This document shows positions 8,448-17,913 of a DNA stretch of 32,000 bases, one piece after another; positions within the stretch are counted from its first letter, which is position 1, and each line of letters starts with the position of its first letter. The notes below the pieces were generated by a model. It was given only the letters and a program-made list of their open reading frames with translations, was not told the origin of the DNA and searched no databases. Origin of the DNA: Candidatus Thorarchaeota archaeon (GTDB lineage Archaea; Asgardarchaeota; Heimdallarchaeia; Hodarchaeales; Hodarchaeaceae); the NCBI GenBank assembly GCA_048882505.1, contig JBHLRO010000010.1, forward strand, positions 1 through 32,000, read 5' to 3'. The position numbers were made by a program, and so were the translations under genes.

Positions 8448-9647
8448 CTAAAAACTTAATGGCGCAAATGGTATCAATCCCTCCACTATAAGAGTGAAAG
8501 ATGAGAAAATCTCTTGGTCAATAATCCCGGCCTCCCGCTGCGAAAGAAACTCTCCATATTGCTGTTCAAAACGATTCTCGAACAGCTGAATCAAATCAGA
8601 GATTGTTGGATTGATTTCTGTTGAGATTAGGTACATCACGAAATTTGGGTTTGTCCGAATGATCACCAATTGATCTCCGAATGCAATTGATGATAGGCCT
8701 TCCCGGCTTTTCAATGTCTCACTCAATCTGATATTCAGGGCTCCGAACATTCCTCCTAGTAAAACAGATACATCGCCAGAAGATTCTTCTCTTTTCTTAA
8801 AATCATACGAGTAAAGCGTTAACCCTTCAGGACTGACAATCATCAAAGAATTCAATCTTGCAGCTGTTATTGCCAGTAAGGAGGGAAACTTTCTAAAGGC
8901 TGTAGAGAAGCACAAACCCGCTATCGATAGGGGAATTGCGAAAGTAAGGGCTAATTGAAATTCTTCAAAGAAAGGCAGTCGTTGAAGAAGTAACGTAATA
9001 AATGCAAGCACTAATGCGAGATATGCAGCTGGAAAAAACCGAGTTTCCAATTTTGTCGGATCTACCTGAAGCTGTTGAATTTCTCTCAGATCTCGGATAT
9101 ATCGTCCACCAACATACGTGACAAGGCCTATCAAAGTCACTAAGCTTGCAATGACCAAGAAATCGTAGATAATATAGATTGCACCAAAGCGTAAGTTTCC
9201 TGAAAGGACGGCTGGTTGAGAATCTTGATCAAGCCATATATAATCCAGAGAAAGAAAAATGGCTCCTGCAGATAGACCGACCAAACCACCAATGCCAAGT
9301 AGGGTTGAAGACCACTTCTGCGTTGGTTCACGGGGATGTAAATTCCAAAGACCAATTGCAAAGGTTCCAATCCCTGCGATTCCCAAGGTAAATGAGAATT
9401 TATATAGAATCAGAAGGATTTCGTGGAGATTGCTTTCAAGTCCAAGAATTCGGAAAAAGAGTATCAGAGTTACATTAATTATTGGAGCTGTTGGCAAGAA
9501 AAATCCCCAGGCAAAAAATCTAAGGCCTTGGAACGGGTACTTTCGATAGAGATTATATTGCTGAAGCGAAGATATTATAAAAGCGGAAATGCATAAGATT
9601 CCTGAAAATAGATCAAATATGAGTGCCAATTCCAAATTTAGAGGCAT
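8448..9647 (-). CDS. 7-TM membrane protein with C-terminal longin-like domain
   Basis: Seven hydrophobic segments in residues ~5-255. The C-terminal ~130 aa read SLMIVSPEGLTLYSYDF...LLGGMFGALN...SSIAFGDQLVII...FENRFEQQY, a longin-type pattern. Confidence 0.75.
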   Translation of the reverse strand: MPLNLELALIFDLFSGILCISAFIISSLQQYNLYRKYPFQGLRFFAWGFFLPTAPIINVTLILFFRILGLESNLHEILLILYKFSFTLGIAGIGTFAIGLWNLHPREPTQKWSSTLLGIGGLVGLSAGAIFLSLDYIWLDQDSQPAVLSGNLRFGAIYIIYDFLVIASLVTLIGLVTYVGGRYIRDLREIQQLQVDPTKLETRFFPAAYLALVLAFITLLLQRLPFFEEFQLALTFAIPLSIAGLCFSTAFRKFPSLLAITAARLNSLMIVSPEGLTLYSYDFKKREESSGDVSVLLGGMFGALNIRLSETLKSREGLSSIAFGDQLVIIRTNPNFVMYLISTEINPTISDLIQLFENRFEQQYGEFLSQREAGIIDQEIFSSFTLIVEGLIPFAPLSF

Positions 9648-9691
9648 GTTAATAATTCCCGCTTAGAGTTTCATGTTTGGGGTTCCTGTCA

Positions 9692-9708
9692 ATTTAAAAG
9701 CTTTTTTT
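9692..9708 (-). promoter_or_regulatory. Putative BRE/TATA for the 7TM-longin gene
   Basis: Minus strand reads AAAAAAAGC-TTTTAAAT about 45 nt upstream of ATG 9647. Confidence 0.45.
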
Positions 9709-10081
9709 AATAATTTTGGGGTTATTCCACCCTTGATCCTCTTTTCCGTGTTTCAAAAATCAAGATGAATCTTTTTCAGGTTGAAAACTCTGGGCGATCT
9801 TCCACAGTGGGAATACAGCAATAAATTGCAACATTTAATATCTAACAAGCGGAAACCTCTAAATTCCCTATTCATACACCTAAGGCGGACAATACTTTTA
9901 AATTCACATTCCATATGTAGGCAGAGGTAGAAAAATTGAGGAATTACGTTCTCTGCCATCCAAGTTAATTTTTTGTCTTCAGAAGAACGTTCTCGATATA
10001 CCTCAAAGGAAAAAAACTTCTTTTTTGCTCTTATTTCATCCAGAGAGGGCATTCTACCCCCCATAACCAAGGTTAAAGACC

Positions 10082-12922
10082 ATGATAGATACCACTGAGT
10101 TTAAGGCTTTCTTAAAAGACATTGGCCCCAAGTGGCAGCAGCGATGGGAAGAAGCTGGAGTATTCAACGCAGATCCAGATCCTTCTCGACCAAAATTTTT
10201 CTTGACTTTTCCGTATCCGTATGTGAATGGCTCCGTACACATGGGACACGGTTACTCTATTCTTAAAGTCGATTTCTTGGCCCGTTTGAAGCGGATGCTT
10301 GGATATAATGTACTATTTCCCCAAGGATTTCATGCAACAGGGGAACCAATCGTTGGTATGGCAAAACGTTTACGGGAAAAGGATACAACTCAACAAAGTA
10401 TTCTTAGAACTTTTGGAGTGGAAGATAAGGATTTCGAAAAATTCTACAACCCACGTCACATAGTTGATTTCTTTGTGAAATTAATGACTAAAGATATGAA
10501 AGATATCGGCCTGGCAATTGATTGGAGAAGAAAGTTCATAACGACCCCCATCACACCCGTGTACTCCAGGTTCGTGGAATGGCAGTATTTGACTCTAAAA
10601 GAATTGGGATATGTCAAATTGGGAAGTCACCCAGTCATTTGGTGTCCCAAGGATCAGTCCCCCACCGGAGATCATGATCGCTTGGTAGGCGATGGAGTCA
10701 CTATTGCGGAATATGTCCTGATTAAATTTCCCTATGAGGATAAGTTCTTTCTGCCAGCCACTCTACGTCCAGAGACAACCTTTGGCGTTACAAATATGTT
10801 TCTCCATCCTGAAGCCAAATATGTGACGGCCAAAGTCGATGGTGAAAAGTGGATAGTCTCCCAAGAAACTGTTTTAAAGTTAAAGGATCAGGAACACAGA
10901 GTACAGATTCTATCCACGCACTCCGCAAGAGAATTCTTTGGGAAATATTGTAAAAACCCATTGACTGGAGATGATGTGATAATAGTTCCAGCTACCTTTG
11001 TGGGAGCTGAATGGGGTGCGGGAGTCGTAATGTCTGTGCCCGCTCACGCTCCTGTGGACTGGGTTGCCCTAAAAAATCTTAAAGAAAATGCTGAAGAGCT
11101 GGAAAGGGAATATGGAATTTCCAAACAAGATATCCTATCGATTCATCCAATTTCGTTAATTTCGATAGATGGGTACGGTGAATTTCCAGCAGGAGAGATT
11201 ATTGAGAGAATGGGGATATCTGACCAGAATGATCCGCAGGTTGAGAAAGCTACCAAAGAGATTTATAGAGTTGAATTCCATACGGGAATTTGTAAGGAGA
11301 TTACGGGGAAGTACGGCGGTCGAATGGTAAAAGAGTTAAAGGATGAATTGATCGATGATTTTAAACAACAAGGAATTGCCACTGTATTGTATGAACCAGC
11401 AGAAGAGGTTGTTTGCCGATGTGGTACGCGAAATCATGTGAAGGTACTCAGTGAGCAGTGGTTCTTGGACTATGGAAATCCTAGTTGGAAAAAAGCCGTT
11501 CATCAAGAAATTGAGAGAATGAAGTTCTTTCCTCCAGTCGCTATCGACAGTTTCAAGTTTACTGTTGATTGGCTGAAAGAAAAAGCTTGTGCGAGAAAAA
11601 GCGGTTTGGGAACCCCCTTGCCATGGGATCCAGAGTGGATTGTAGAAACACTGTCAGATTCCACAATCTACATGGCATATTACATTGTTTCAAAATATGT
11701 CAATGAGGGTAAAATTCAGGAAAAAAATGCTGTTCCCCAACTTTTTGATTATGTATTTCGTGGATTACATGATCTGGATAGTACTTCAAAGATATCCAGT
11801 CTGTCTAAGGAGCTAATATCAAATCTGAGGGATGACTTTCTTTATTGGTACCCCATGGATCTTCGTTCTTCCGGAAAAGACTTGATACATAATCATTTGA
11901 CATATTGTTTGTTTCAACATCAAGCGATTTTCAATCCTCAGCACCGTCCTCGTATGATGGGTGTCAACGGACATATGACAGTATCGGGACAAAAGATGAG
12001 TAAAAGCCGAGGAGTTTTGACAGCCCTATCGGAAGCTGTGAAACTTTATTCTGCAGACCTAGCGCGAATTGGTTTGTTAGGGGCTGGGGAAGGATTAGAC
12101 GATGCTAATTTTGTTATAGAGGAATTAGATAGCTATAAACGCTGGCTAGAGCAATTTAAATCGTATTATGAAGATATTCAAACCCGAGAAGAATCTAATG
12201 ATATAGATCGCTGGATAACTAGTAGAATGCAAGGTCACATTAAGGACGGTACCCAGATCGGGGAAGCTTTACAAACCCGATCCTATGTTCAACGGGTGTT
12301 GTTTGGTGTAATGAACGATTTACGTCATTATAAACGCAGATCGCAGACGATTGGACCTGGATTTGTAAAAGCAGTTCAGCAAACTCTCCTACTATTAACA
12401 CCAATGGTTCCCCACTTTTGCGAGGAGTTATGGTCACTGAACCATGATTCAATGGTAGTGTCTCAAAAGTTCCCTATCTGGAACGAATCGCTGATCGATC
12501 AAGCAGCGGAAGCTCGAGAAGAATATATTTCGGATTTGATCAAGGATATTGGCAATATCCAAAAAGCCATGAAATTAGAAAGCATTACCAATATCGAGAT
12601 CACCATAACACCTGTTTGGAAAGAGACTATTCTCAAACAATTCTTGGAAGACAAGAAGAAATTGATACCCCGGATCATGCAGATCTCAGGAATAAAACAG
12701 CACGGGAAGAAAGCCACAAATTACGCCCAAAAACTATTGAAAAGCCATGAACAGGTCCTGCCAGGGTTTCCCAGGGAAGAGGAATACGATGTTATCTCGA
12801 GTGCGATAGAGTTCATTGAAAAAACCACACAGGCGAAAGTTACCGTTAAATACGCTGAAAATTCGGAATCTCCAAAACTAGACTTGGCTGAACCTTTACG
12901 TCCTGCAATTTACATAGAATAA
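10082..12922 (+). CDS. leuS: Leucyl-tRNA synthetase, archaeal/eukaryal type
   Basis: PYPYVNGSVHMGH (HIGH), KMSKS, editing domain ATLRPETTFG...GVVMSVPAHAP-D, SDSTIYMAYY, and the C-terminal AEPLRPAIYIE. Confidence 0.98.
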   Translation: MIDTTEFKAFLKDIGPKWQQRWEEAGVFNADPDPSRPKFFLTFPYPYVNGSVHMGHGYSILKVDFLARLKRMLGYNVLFPQGFHATGEPIVGMAKRLREKDTTQQSILRTFGVEDKDFEKFYNPRHIVDFFVKLMTKDMKDIGLAIDWRRKFITTPITPVYSRFVEWQYLTLKELGYVKLGSHPVIWCPKDQSPTGDHDRLVGDGVTIAEYVLIKFPYEDKFFLPATLRPETTFGVTNMFLHPEAKYVTAKVDGEKWIVSQETVLKLKDQEHRVQILSTHSAREFFGKYCKNPLTGDDVIIVPATFVGAEWGAGVVMSVPAHAPVDWVALKNLKENAEELEREYGISKQDILSIHPISLISIDGYGEFPAGEIIERMGISDQNDPQVEKATKEIYRVEFHTGICKEITGKYGGRMVKELKDELIDDFKQQGIATVLYEPAEEVVCRCGTRNHVKVLSEQWFLDYGNPSWKKAVHQEIERMKFFPPVAIDSFKFTVDWLKEKACARKSGLGTPLPWDPEWIVETLSDSTIYMAYYIVSKYVNEGKIQEKNAVPQLFDYVFRGLHDLDSTSKISSLSKELISNLRDDFLYWYPMDLRSSGKDLIHNHLTYCLFQHQAIFNPQHRPRMMGVNGHMTVSGQKMSKSRGVLTALSEAVKLYSADLARIGLLGAGEGLDDANFVIEELDSYKRWLEQFKSYYEDIQTREESNDIDRWITSRMQGHIKDGTQIGEALQTRSYVQRVLFGVMNDLRHYKRRSQTIGPGFVKAVQQTLLLLTPMVPHFCEELWSLNHDSMVVSQKFPIWNESLIDQAAEAREEYISDLIKDIGNIQKAMKLESITNIEITITPVWKETILKQFLEDKKKLIPRIMQISGIKQHGKKATNYAQKLLKSHEQVLPGFPREEEYDVISSAIEFIEKTTQAKVTVKYAENSESPKLDLAEPLRPAIYIE

Positions 12923-13057
12923 GGGAATTCGGGAAATCAATGATGGAAATCCTCTGGTTACTGGGTTTCGCCGTGTAGGAATCTGTTTCCCGAAAGGTAG
13001 TCATTTTGTTTAATTTTTTAGACCCTTTAATCACAAATAATAAACTTAGGAGTCGGA

Positions 13058-13711
13058 ATGATTTTGAATTTTCCCTCTAATTTACAGATCGATAACAGTA
13101 ATCAGCTTCCTCCTATGAAAGGCACGACGGCCCTTGCATTAAAATACTCTGATGGATCCATTATTGTATCAGATCGTCGGGCTTCAATGGGTACCTTCGT
13201 AGGAAGTAAGAAAGCAAAGAAAGTATACCTTCTCAATGATTATACAGGATTGGGTACTGCAGGCCTAGTTTCTGATGCCCAGGCATTGGTAGATCTCATG
13301 AAAAGTGAACTGCGTTTATACAAGCTTGAGAATAACTTTGACCCAAGTGTGAAAGTTGCTGGAAGTTTACTCGCAACAATCTTGCACGGTGGTTATCGAA
13401 GGTATCAGCCTTGGTGGGTTCAACTTCTTGTAACCGGTGTTGATCGGAGGGGTACACACGTATATAATCTCGGACCAGCCGGGTCGCTTTCAGAAGAAGA
13501 TTATTTTGCTGTTGGAAGCGGTATGATGATAGCCATGGGGGTTATGGAGGTCCAATGGAAACCAGGACTTGCCAAAGATGAAGCAAAGGACTTGGCGGTT
13601 ACGGCATTGAAGGCGTCAATAGCGCGTGACAATGCGACTGGTAATGGAATTGACGGATTGATTTTCAGTACGAAGAAAGAAGCCGCTGAAATCATTAGTA
13701 TCGATCTCTGA
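13058..13711 (+). CDS. psmB: 20S proteasome beta subunit with propeptide
   Basis: MKG|TT processing site (Thr1), SDRRAS (Asp17), AKKV (Lys33), VGSG (Ser129), RDNATGNG. Confidence 0.96.
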   Translation: MILNFPSNLQIDNSNQLPPMKGTTALALKYSDGSIIVSDRRASMGTFVGSKKAKKVYLLNDYTGLGTAGLVSDAQALVDLMKSELRLYKLENNFDPSVKVAGSLLATILHGGYRRYQPWWVQLLVTGVDRRGTHVYNLGPAGSLSEEDYFAVGSGMMIAMGVMEVQWKPGLAKDEAKDLAVTALKASIARDNATGNGIDGLIFSTKKEAAEIISIDL

Positions 13712-13723
13712 GGTGAATTTAAG

Positions 13724-14389
13724 ATGTATGGTGATATTAGAAGTCAATATGACCGAAGTGCAGCTATTTGGAGTCCAGATGGCGAGTTGGTTCAACTCTC
13801 ATATGCACGGAAAGCCTCTGAAAGAGGTGCCGCAGCTGTAGGGATGATACTGGATGATTCCACAATCCTTTTGGCTGGAGAGACGCTTTTTGACCCATTG
13901 GTGGTTCGACCCGATAAAATTCAAGAAATCGATGTAAATCTCTTTCTGGTTGCATCTGGGCTGTCGACGGACTCTAATCTTTTGATAGGTCAATCTCGAT
14001 TAGTAGCACAGCAGCATCGTCTTATATACGGGGAGAAAATTTCCGTTAGGGCGTTAGCTCAACGATTAGGAGATTTAATGGCACGTCATACCATACAAGG
14101 TGGATTACGGCCATTCGGAACCGCACTTCTCCTTGCTGGTTTTAATCCCGTAAGTAAGGCTGCTGAACTATTCTTTGTGGATAATGGGGGATCATATTTT
14201 GCAGTTAACGCGTATGCGGCCGGAAGCGGTAATGAGCGTGTCATAGATTCGTTGCGAAAAGAGTACAAACGAGATCTCGATGTCGAATCCGCAAAAAAGC
14301 TGGTTCTAGAGATCGTTTCGAATGCTTTAGGTAAGAAGGAACCAATGACGGAAAAAGAACTTGAAATTCATATTCTTCGCTCAGAATAG
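13724..14389 (+). CDS. psmA: 20S proteasome alpha-type subunit, divergent and C-terminally short
   Basis: YDRSAAIWSPDGELVQLSYA, DKIQEI, GGLRPFGTALLLAG, AAGSG. The SD GAGGTGA overlaps the psmB stop. Confidence 0.9.
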   Translation: MYGDIRSQYDRSAAIWSPDGELVQLSYARKASERGAAAVGMILDDSTILLAGETLFDPLVVRPDKIQEIDVNLFLVASGLSTDSNLLIGQSRLVAQQHRLIYGEKISVRALAQRLGDLMARHTIQGGLRPFGTALLLAGFNPVSKAAELFFVDNGGSYFAVNAYAAGSGNERVIDSLRKEYKRDLDVESAKKLVLEIVSNALGKKEPMTEKELEIHILRSE

Positions 14390-14408
14390 GGATTCTAATT
14401 CTGTTAAC

Positions 14409-14416
14409 TTTTTTTT
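14409..14416 (+). terminator. Oligo-T terminator after psmB-psmA
   Basis: T8 run 20 nt after the stop, in a pyrimidine-rich stretch. Confidence 0.45.
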
Positions 14417-14570
14417 CTTATTATTTCTCTTCTAAAACGATTAGTTCTTCTCCGATGGAGGGAACAGAAACTAAAAAATCCTCCTCCGATTGCTTCCAAT
14501 TTACAGTTCTTCTTTGTGTATGGAACATAGTAATTTACAGGCGCTTTAGCACAACAAAAGGCGAACCCAC

Positions 14571-15305
14571 GTGGCAACGAGACCCATGCGGATTATGTTA
14601 ATCGCAGACCTTCATGCAAATCTGCCCGCATATGTCGCTGTTCATGAGGAAATTACATCTCGATATGGGAAAAACATAGATCATGTCATATGTTTAGGCG
14701 ATATTGTCGGATATGGGCCTTGGCCCAATGAACTTTGTAAGATTGCAGAAGGGTTCGCTCTCAATGTTATAGGCAACCATGACGTGGCTTGTGCGGCGGG
14801 AAACGCGCAAGGTTTCAATCGGGCCGCCAAAAAGGCGGTACTTTGGACCTTTGATGAATTGTCGACCCGAAACAAAACATTCCTTTCGATTCTCGCCAAA
14901 AATGAATATCTTGAAATAGAAGAACACGGAGTTAAGTTCTATTTAACGCATGCGTCTCCCAAAGACTATTTGAGTGATTATATATATCCAGAGGACTCCA
15001 CGGAACGTAAAGATGAACTTTTAGGGATGATTGGTGTAAATCATGTTATGATGGTGGGGCATACCCATATCCCCTTCATCTATCAAAGCGAAAAAATGGG
15101 GAAGGTTATTTTTAATCCAGGATCGGTGGGCCAACCTCGCGATAACGATCCTCGCGCCTCAGTAGGTATCGTTGAAATTAGCACTGATTCCGAGCTTAAC
15201 TTCGAATGGATTCGGGTGAAATATGACATCCGAGAAGTGGCCCGTGAAATTCAAAGGGTCGGATTACCGATCCGCTTGGCGGAACGACTGTTTTTCGGAC
15301 AATGA
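14571..15305 (+). CDS. Calcineurin-like metallophosphoesterase
   Basis: ADLHAN, CLGDIVGYG, IGNHD, THASP, VGHTH, FNPGSVGQPRD. The start could be ATG 14586. Confidence 0.93.
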   Translation: MATRPMRIMLIADLHANLPAYVAVHEEITSRYGKNIDHVICLGDIVGYGPWPNELCKIAEGFALNVIGNHDVACAAGNAQGFNRAAKKAVLWTFDELSTRNKTFLSILAKNEYLEIEEHGVKFYLTHASPKDYLSDYIYPEDSTERKDELLGMIGVNHVMMVGHTHIPFIYQSEKMGKVIFNPGSVGQPRDNDPRASVGIVEISTDSELNFEWIRVKYDIREVAREIQRVGLPIRLAERLFFGQ

Positions 15306-15319
15306 GCAGATGAACTTCA

Positions 15320-15802
15320 TCAGAGATAATCAACCTCATTTATCATAGGTCGAATTCTCTCGATTCTTATAGAAGTTCCTATATGTAACTTGTCAAAGAA
15401 GTTCATATGGCCCGAATCGATCCTTCCGACAAGATTAACAGGGTAGGATACCGTTTTTTGCTTAAGAAAAACGATGAGCACTGTACCCTGCGGCCAGTAC
15501 GCCACATCACCGCGCGAGAGCGTCTTATACGCATTCTCAGGTGACACTCGTCCGATTTTAAAGGGAAAAGCCACCTCCCCTTCTCGTACGACAACTCGTG
15601 ATTGAATTGGATTTTTAAGGCGAAAGCGGATTAACGCTACCGTCCGTGGAGCGAATTCCCGTTGAAGCGTGGCTTTACCGATCGTTTCTTGTCCAATAAT
15701 CGTGAATTCCATCATTACTTTCTCTGATGACATTAACCGATTCCTCTGTTCACCATCGAGTATCCAAAATGATTTCAACAATGGATATGAATTATCCGAC
15801 AA
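15320..15802 (-). CDS. Cyclophilin-like fold protein (DUF369/TM1367-like)
   Basis: LQREFAPRTV, EGEVAFP, RGDVAYWPQGTVLIVF, PVNLVGRI. The true start may be internal (ATG 15715). Confidence 0.75.
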   Translation of the reverse strand: MSDNSYPLLKSFWILDGEQRNRLMSSEKVMMEFTIIGQETIGKATLQREFAPRTVALIRFRLKNPIQSRVVVREGEVAFPFKIGRVSPENAYKTLSRGDVAYWPQGTVLIVFLKQKTVSYPVNLVGRIDSGHMNFFDKLHIGTSIRIERIRPMINEVDYL

Positions 15803-16055
15803 GTTTTCGAAATTTTTGCGCCTTTCAGATCGAACTGATCCACTAGAACTACTTCGATTCTCTTCGTTTATTTGATCCGGAAGATTTCTTAAAAATCTTC
15901 TTCCTTTCCAAACCGAAGCTTTCCAGAAGGAACCCTGTAAGGTTCATCATGCTCAAGCCCGTTAGGTTCTTTGAACCGAGACTTTTTAACCACCATTATT
16001 TATTCAATATCTGAAGGGGTATACTCTCCCCTCAATTTATCACCAACATGGAAGA

Positions 16056-16946
16056 ATGACGTTCATGAGTTTAGTAGATTTTTTTGGTCAATTCCTACCA
16101 CCTGGTATATTGGAGGTCTTCGTAATCATCGCTATTATCTTGATTGGGATCTATCTCCTCAGCGGAATCAGGATTGTTAAGGAATGGGAAAGAGCGCCGG
16201 TACTCAGACTGGGCCGCTACACCGGCCTCAAAGGACCGGGAATGTTCTGGATCTTGCCTGGTATAGACAAGATCCCGCAGATCGTATCCACCAGAATTCA
16301 AACCTATAGTTTCAGAAGTGAACAGAGCCTTACTAGAGACAATGTACCTGTGTCTATCGATGCTGTTTTATTTTTTCGGGTTGTAGATGTCGAGAAAACC
16401 ATTTTAGAAGTTGAACATTATGCAGCCGCGACACAATGGATTGCACAAACCACTTTAAGAGAAGTGACTGGACAAGTTGAATTGGATGAACTGCTTGCTG
16501 AGCGCGAAAAGATTGCGGAACATATGCAAGAATTGGTGGATATAAAAACCGAAGAATGGGGGGTTAAAATCATATCGGTCGAGGTACGAGACGTAGTTGT
16601 TCCTGGACGATTACAAGAGGCTATCAGCCGTCAAGCTGAGGCCGAACGAGAACGTCGCGCTCGTATTACACTATCACAGGCTGAAAAGGAAGCAGCAAAA
16701 GGAATGATAGAAGCTGCAGAGCAATATGCCAAATCGCCTCATGCTATGGAACTTAGATGGATCAACCTCTTATTTGAGGCTGCCACTGAAGGAGGGGCGA
16801 CTATTATGCTTGTGCCCACTAATATTCCGATTGCAGGATTCGCAGGTCAAGGAACCCAGGGAATAGGCAGTGGCGGTTTACCACCTGTAGGAGTCTACGG
16901 TATAAAGGAACTGCCAAAAGAAAAGCCGAAAAAGTCAGAAGAGTAG
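16056..16946 (+). CDS. SPFH/band-7 (stomatin/slipin) membrane protein
   Basis: One N-terminal TM, IRIVKEWERAPVLRLGRY, LTRDNVPVSIDAV, AQTTLREVTGQVELDELL, AISRQAEAERERRA. Confidence 0.95.
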   Translation: MTFMSLVDFFGQFLPPGILEVFVIIAIILIGIYLLSGIRIVKEWERAPVLRLGRYTGLKGPGMFWILPGIDKIPQIVSTRIQTYSFRSEQSLTRDNVPVSIDAVLFFRVVDVEKTILEVEHYAAATQWIAQTTLREVTGQVELDELLAEREKIAEHMQELVDIKTEEWGVKIISVEVRDVVVPGRLQEAISRQAEAERERRARITLSQAEKEAAKGMIEAAEQYAKSPHAMELRWINLLFEAATEGGATIMLVPTNIPIAGFAGQGTQGIGSGGLPPVGVYGIKELPKEKPKKSEE

Positions 16947-16998
16947 TTTTTTTCAAATAGATTGGCAAACAAAAACTTGCCAATTCCCCTCCTTTTTT
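16947..16998 (+). terminator. Putative terminator: T7, 8-bp hairpin, T6
   Basis: T7 at 16947-53; ATTGGCAA-N8-TTGCCAAT at 16961-84; T6 at 16993-98. Confidence 0.5.
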
Positions 16999-17114
16999 AT
17001 TTGAATTTCACGAACTTGCCCAGTTTGGGCTATTATTATAAATAAACACATTTCTTCATAATCTCTAGGACTGGCCTGTTCTGCTATTGACTTGATATTG
17101 GGAATGGAAGGACA

Positions 17115-17885
17115 ATGATGTCTCAAGACAGGATAATTAAAGTTCAGGAAATTGCGAATAACTCATGGCAAGCTAAAGAGTTTTACTTGTTGAATGGATG
17201 GGTATTACGATTTAACGAGGGTGCCACAGGAAGGGCAAATTCAGTTCTTCCGCTGAACTATTGGGGGAACGATCTTTTGGGAGACATAAGACTGGTTGAA
17301 CTTGCATATAAGCATCATAACCTTCCTGCCCGATGGCAATTACATGATGGGTTTGTCCCGGAGAGACTATTCGAGGTATTGAAATCGGAAGGATATAAGC
17401 AGGATCCTAGAGTAGATGTAATGGGTACTGATTTGCAAACATTCAACAGATCTGATAGAAGAACAACCCCTTTATTTACGCTCAGCGCAAGCTGCAGGAG
17501 AACGAAAGCGTGGACAAGAGCATTCATTGAATTAACCACCCATCGAGATAGGGATGAATTGGGGAAGATGTGTGAAATTATGGATCGCATCACTATTCCC
17601 CGTAAACAATTTCTGGTTGCCCATGGTGATGATCAAGTGGCAGGTGTGATCTTTGGAGTCGTGGATCGAAGCTTCCTGGGAATTATGGATCTTGTGGTTG
17701 CACCCCATTATCGTAGAAAAGGACTTGCAACCGCTCTGGTTACTAATACGGTAAATTGGGCCTCTCAACACTCGGCCCGTTCGCTTTACCTCCAAGTTCT
17801 GGCCGATAATGATGCTGCCATCGCTCTATATCAAAAACTGGGTCTCAACCGATGGTTCAGCTATTTCTATCTAACCCAAACTTAA
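17115..17885 (+). CDS. GNAT family N-acetyltransferase
   Basis: GWVLRFNEGATGRANSV N-domain; acetyl-CoA motif VAPHYRRKGLAT; LQVLADNDAAIALYQKLG. Confidence 0.9.
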   Translation: MMSQDRIIKVQEIANNSWQAKEFYLLNGWVLRFNEGATGRANSVLPLNYWGNDLLGDIRLVELAYKHHNLPARWQLHDGFVPERLFEVLKSEGYKQDPRVDVMGTDLQTFNRSDRRTTPLFTLSASCRRTKAWTRAFIELTTHRDRDELGKMCEIMDRITIPRKQFLVAHGDDQVAGVIFGVVDRSFLGIMDLVVAPHYRRKGLATALVTNTVNWASQHSARSLYLQVLADNDAAIALYQKLGLNRWFSYFYLTQT

Positions 17886-17913
17886 AATCTCATTGCCTTC
17901 TTAGTAAAAAAAC

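Noticed and set aside
8448-9647. 7TM protein as a microbial rhodopsin
   Set aside because: No retinal-binding Lys motif in helix 7 and no helix-C counterion pattern.
9920-9957. GGCAGAG...CTCTGCC inverted repeat upstream of leuS as a leader or riboswitch
   Set aside because: A single 7-bp stem is expected by chance; there are no T-box or riboswitch motifs.
9753-10070. 105-aa minus-strand ORF between the 7TM-longin gene and leuS
   Set aside because: Atypical Cys/Phe-rich composition, no family motif, and it occupies the divergent promoter region. It cannot be fully excluded.
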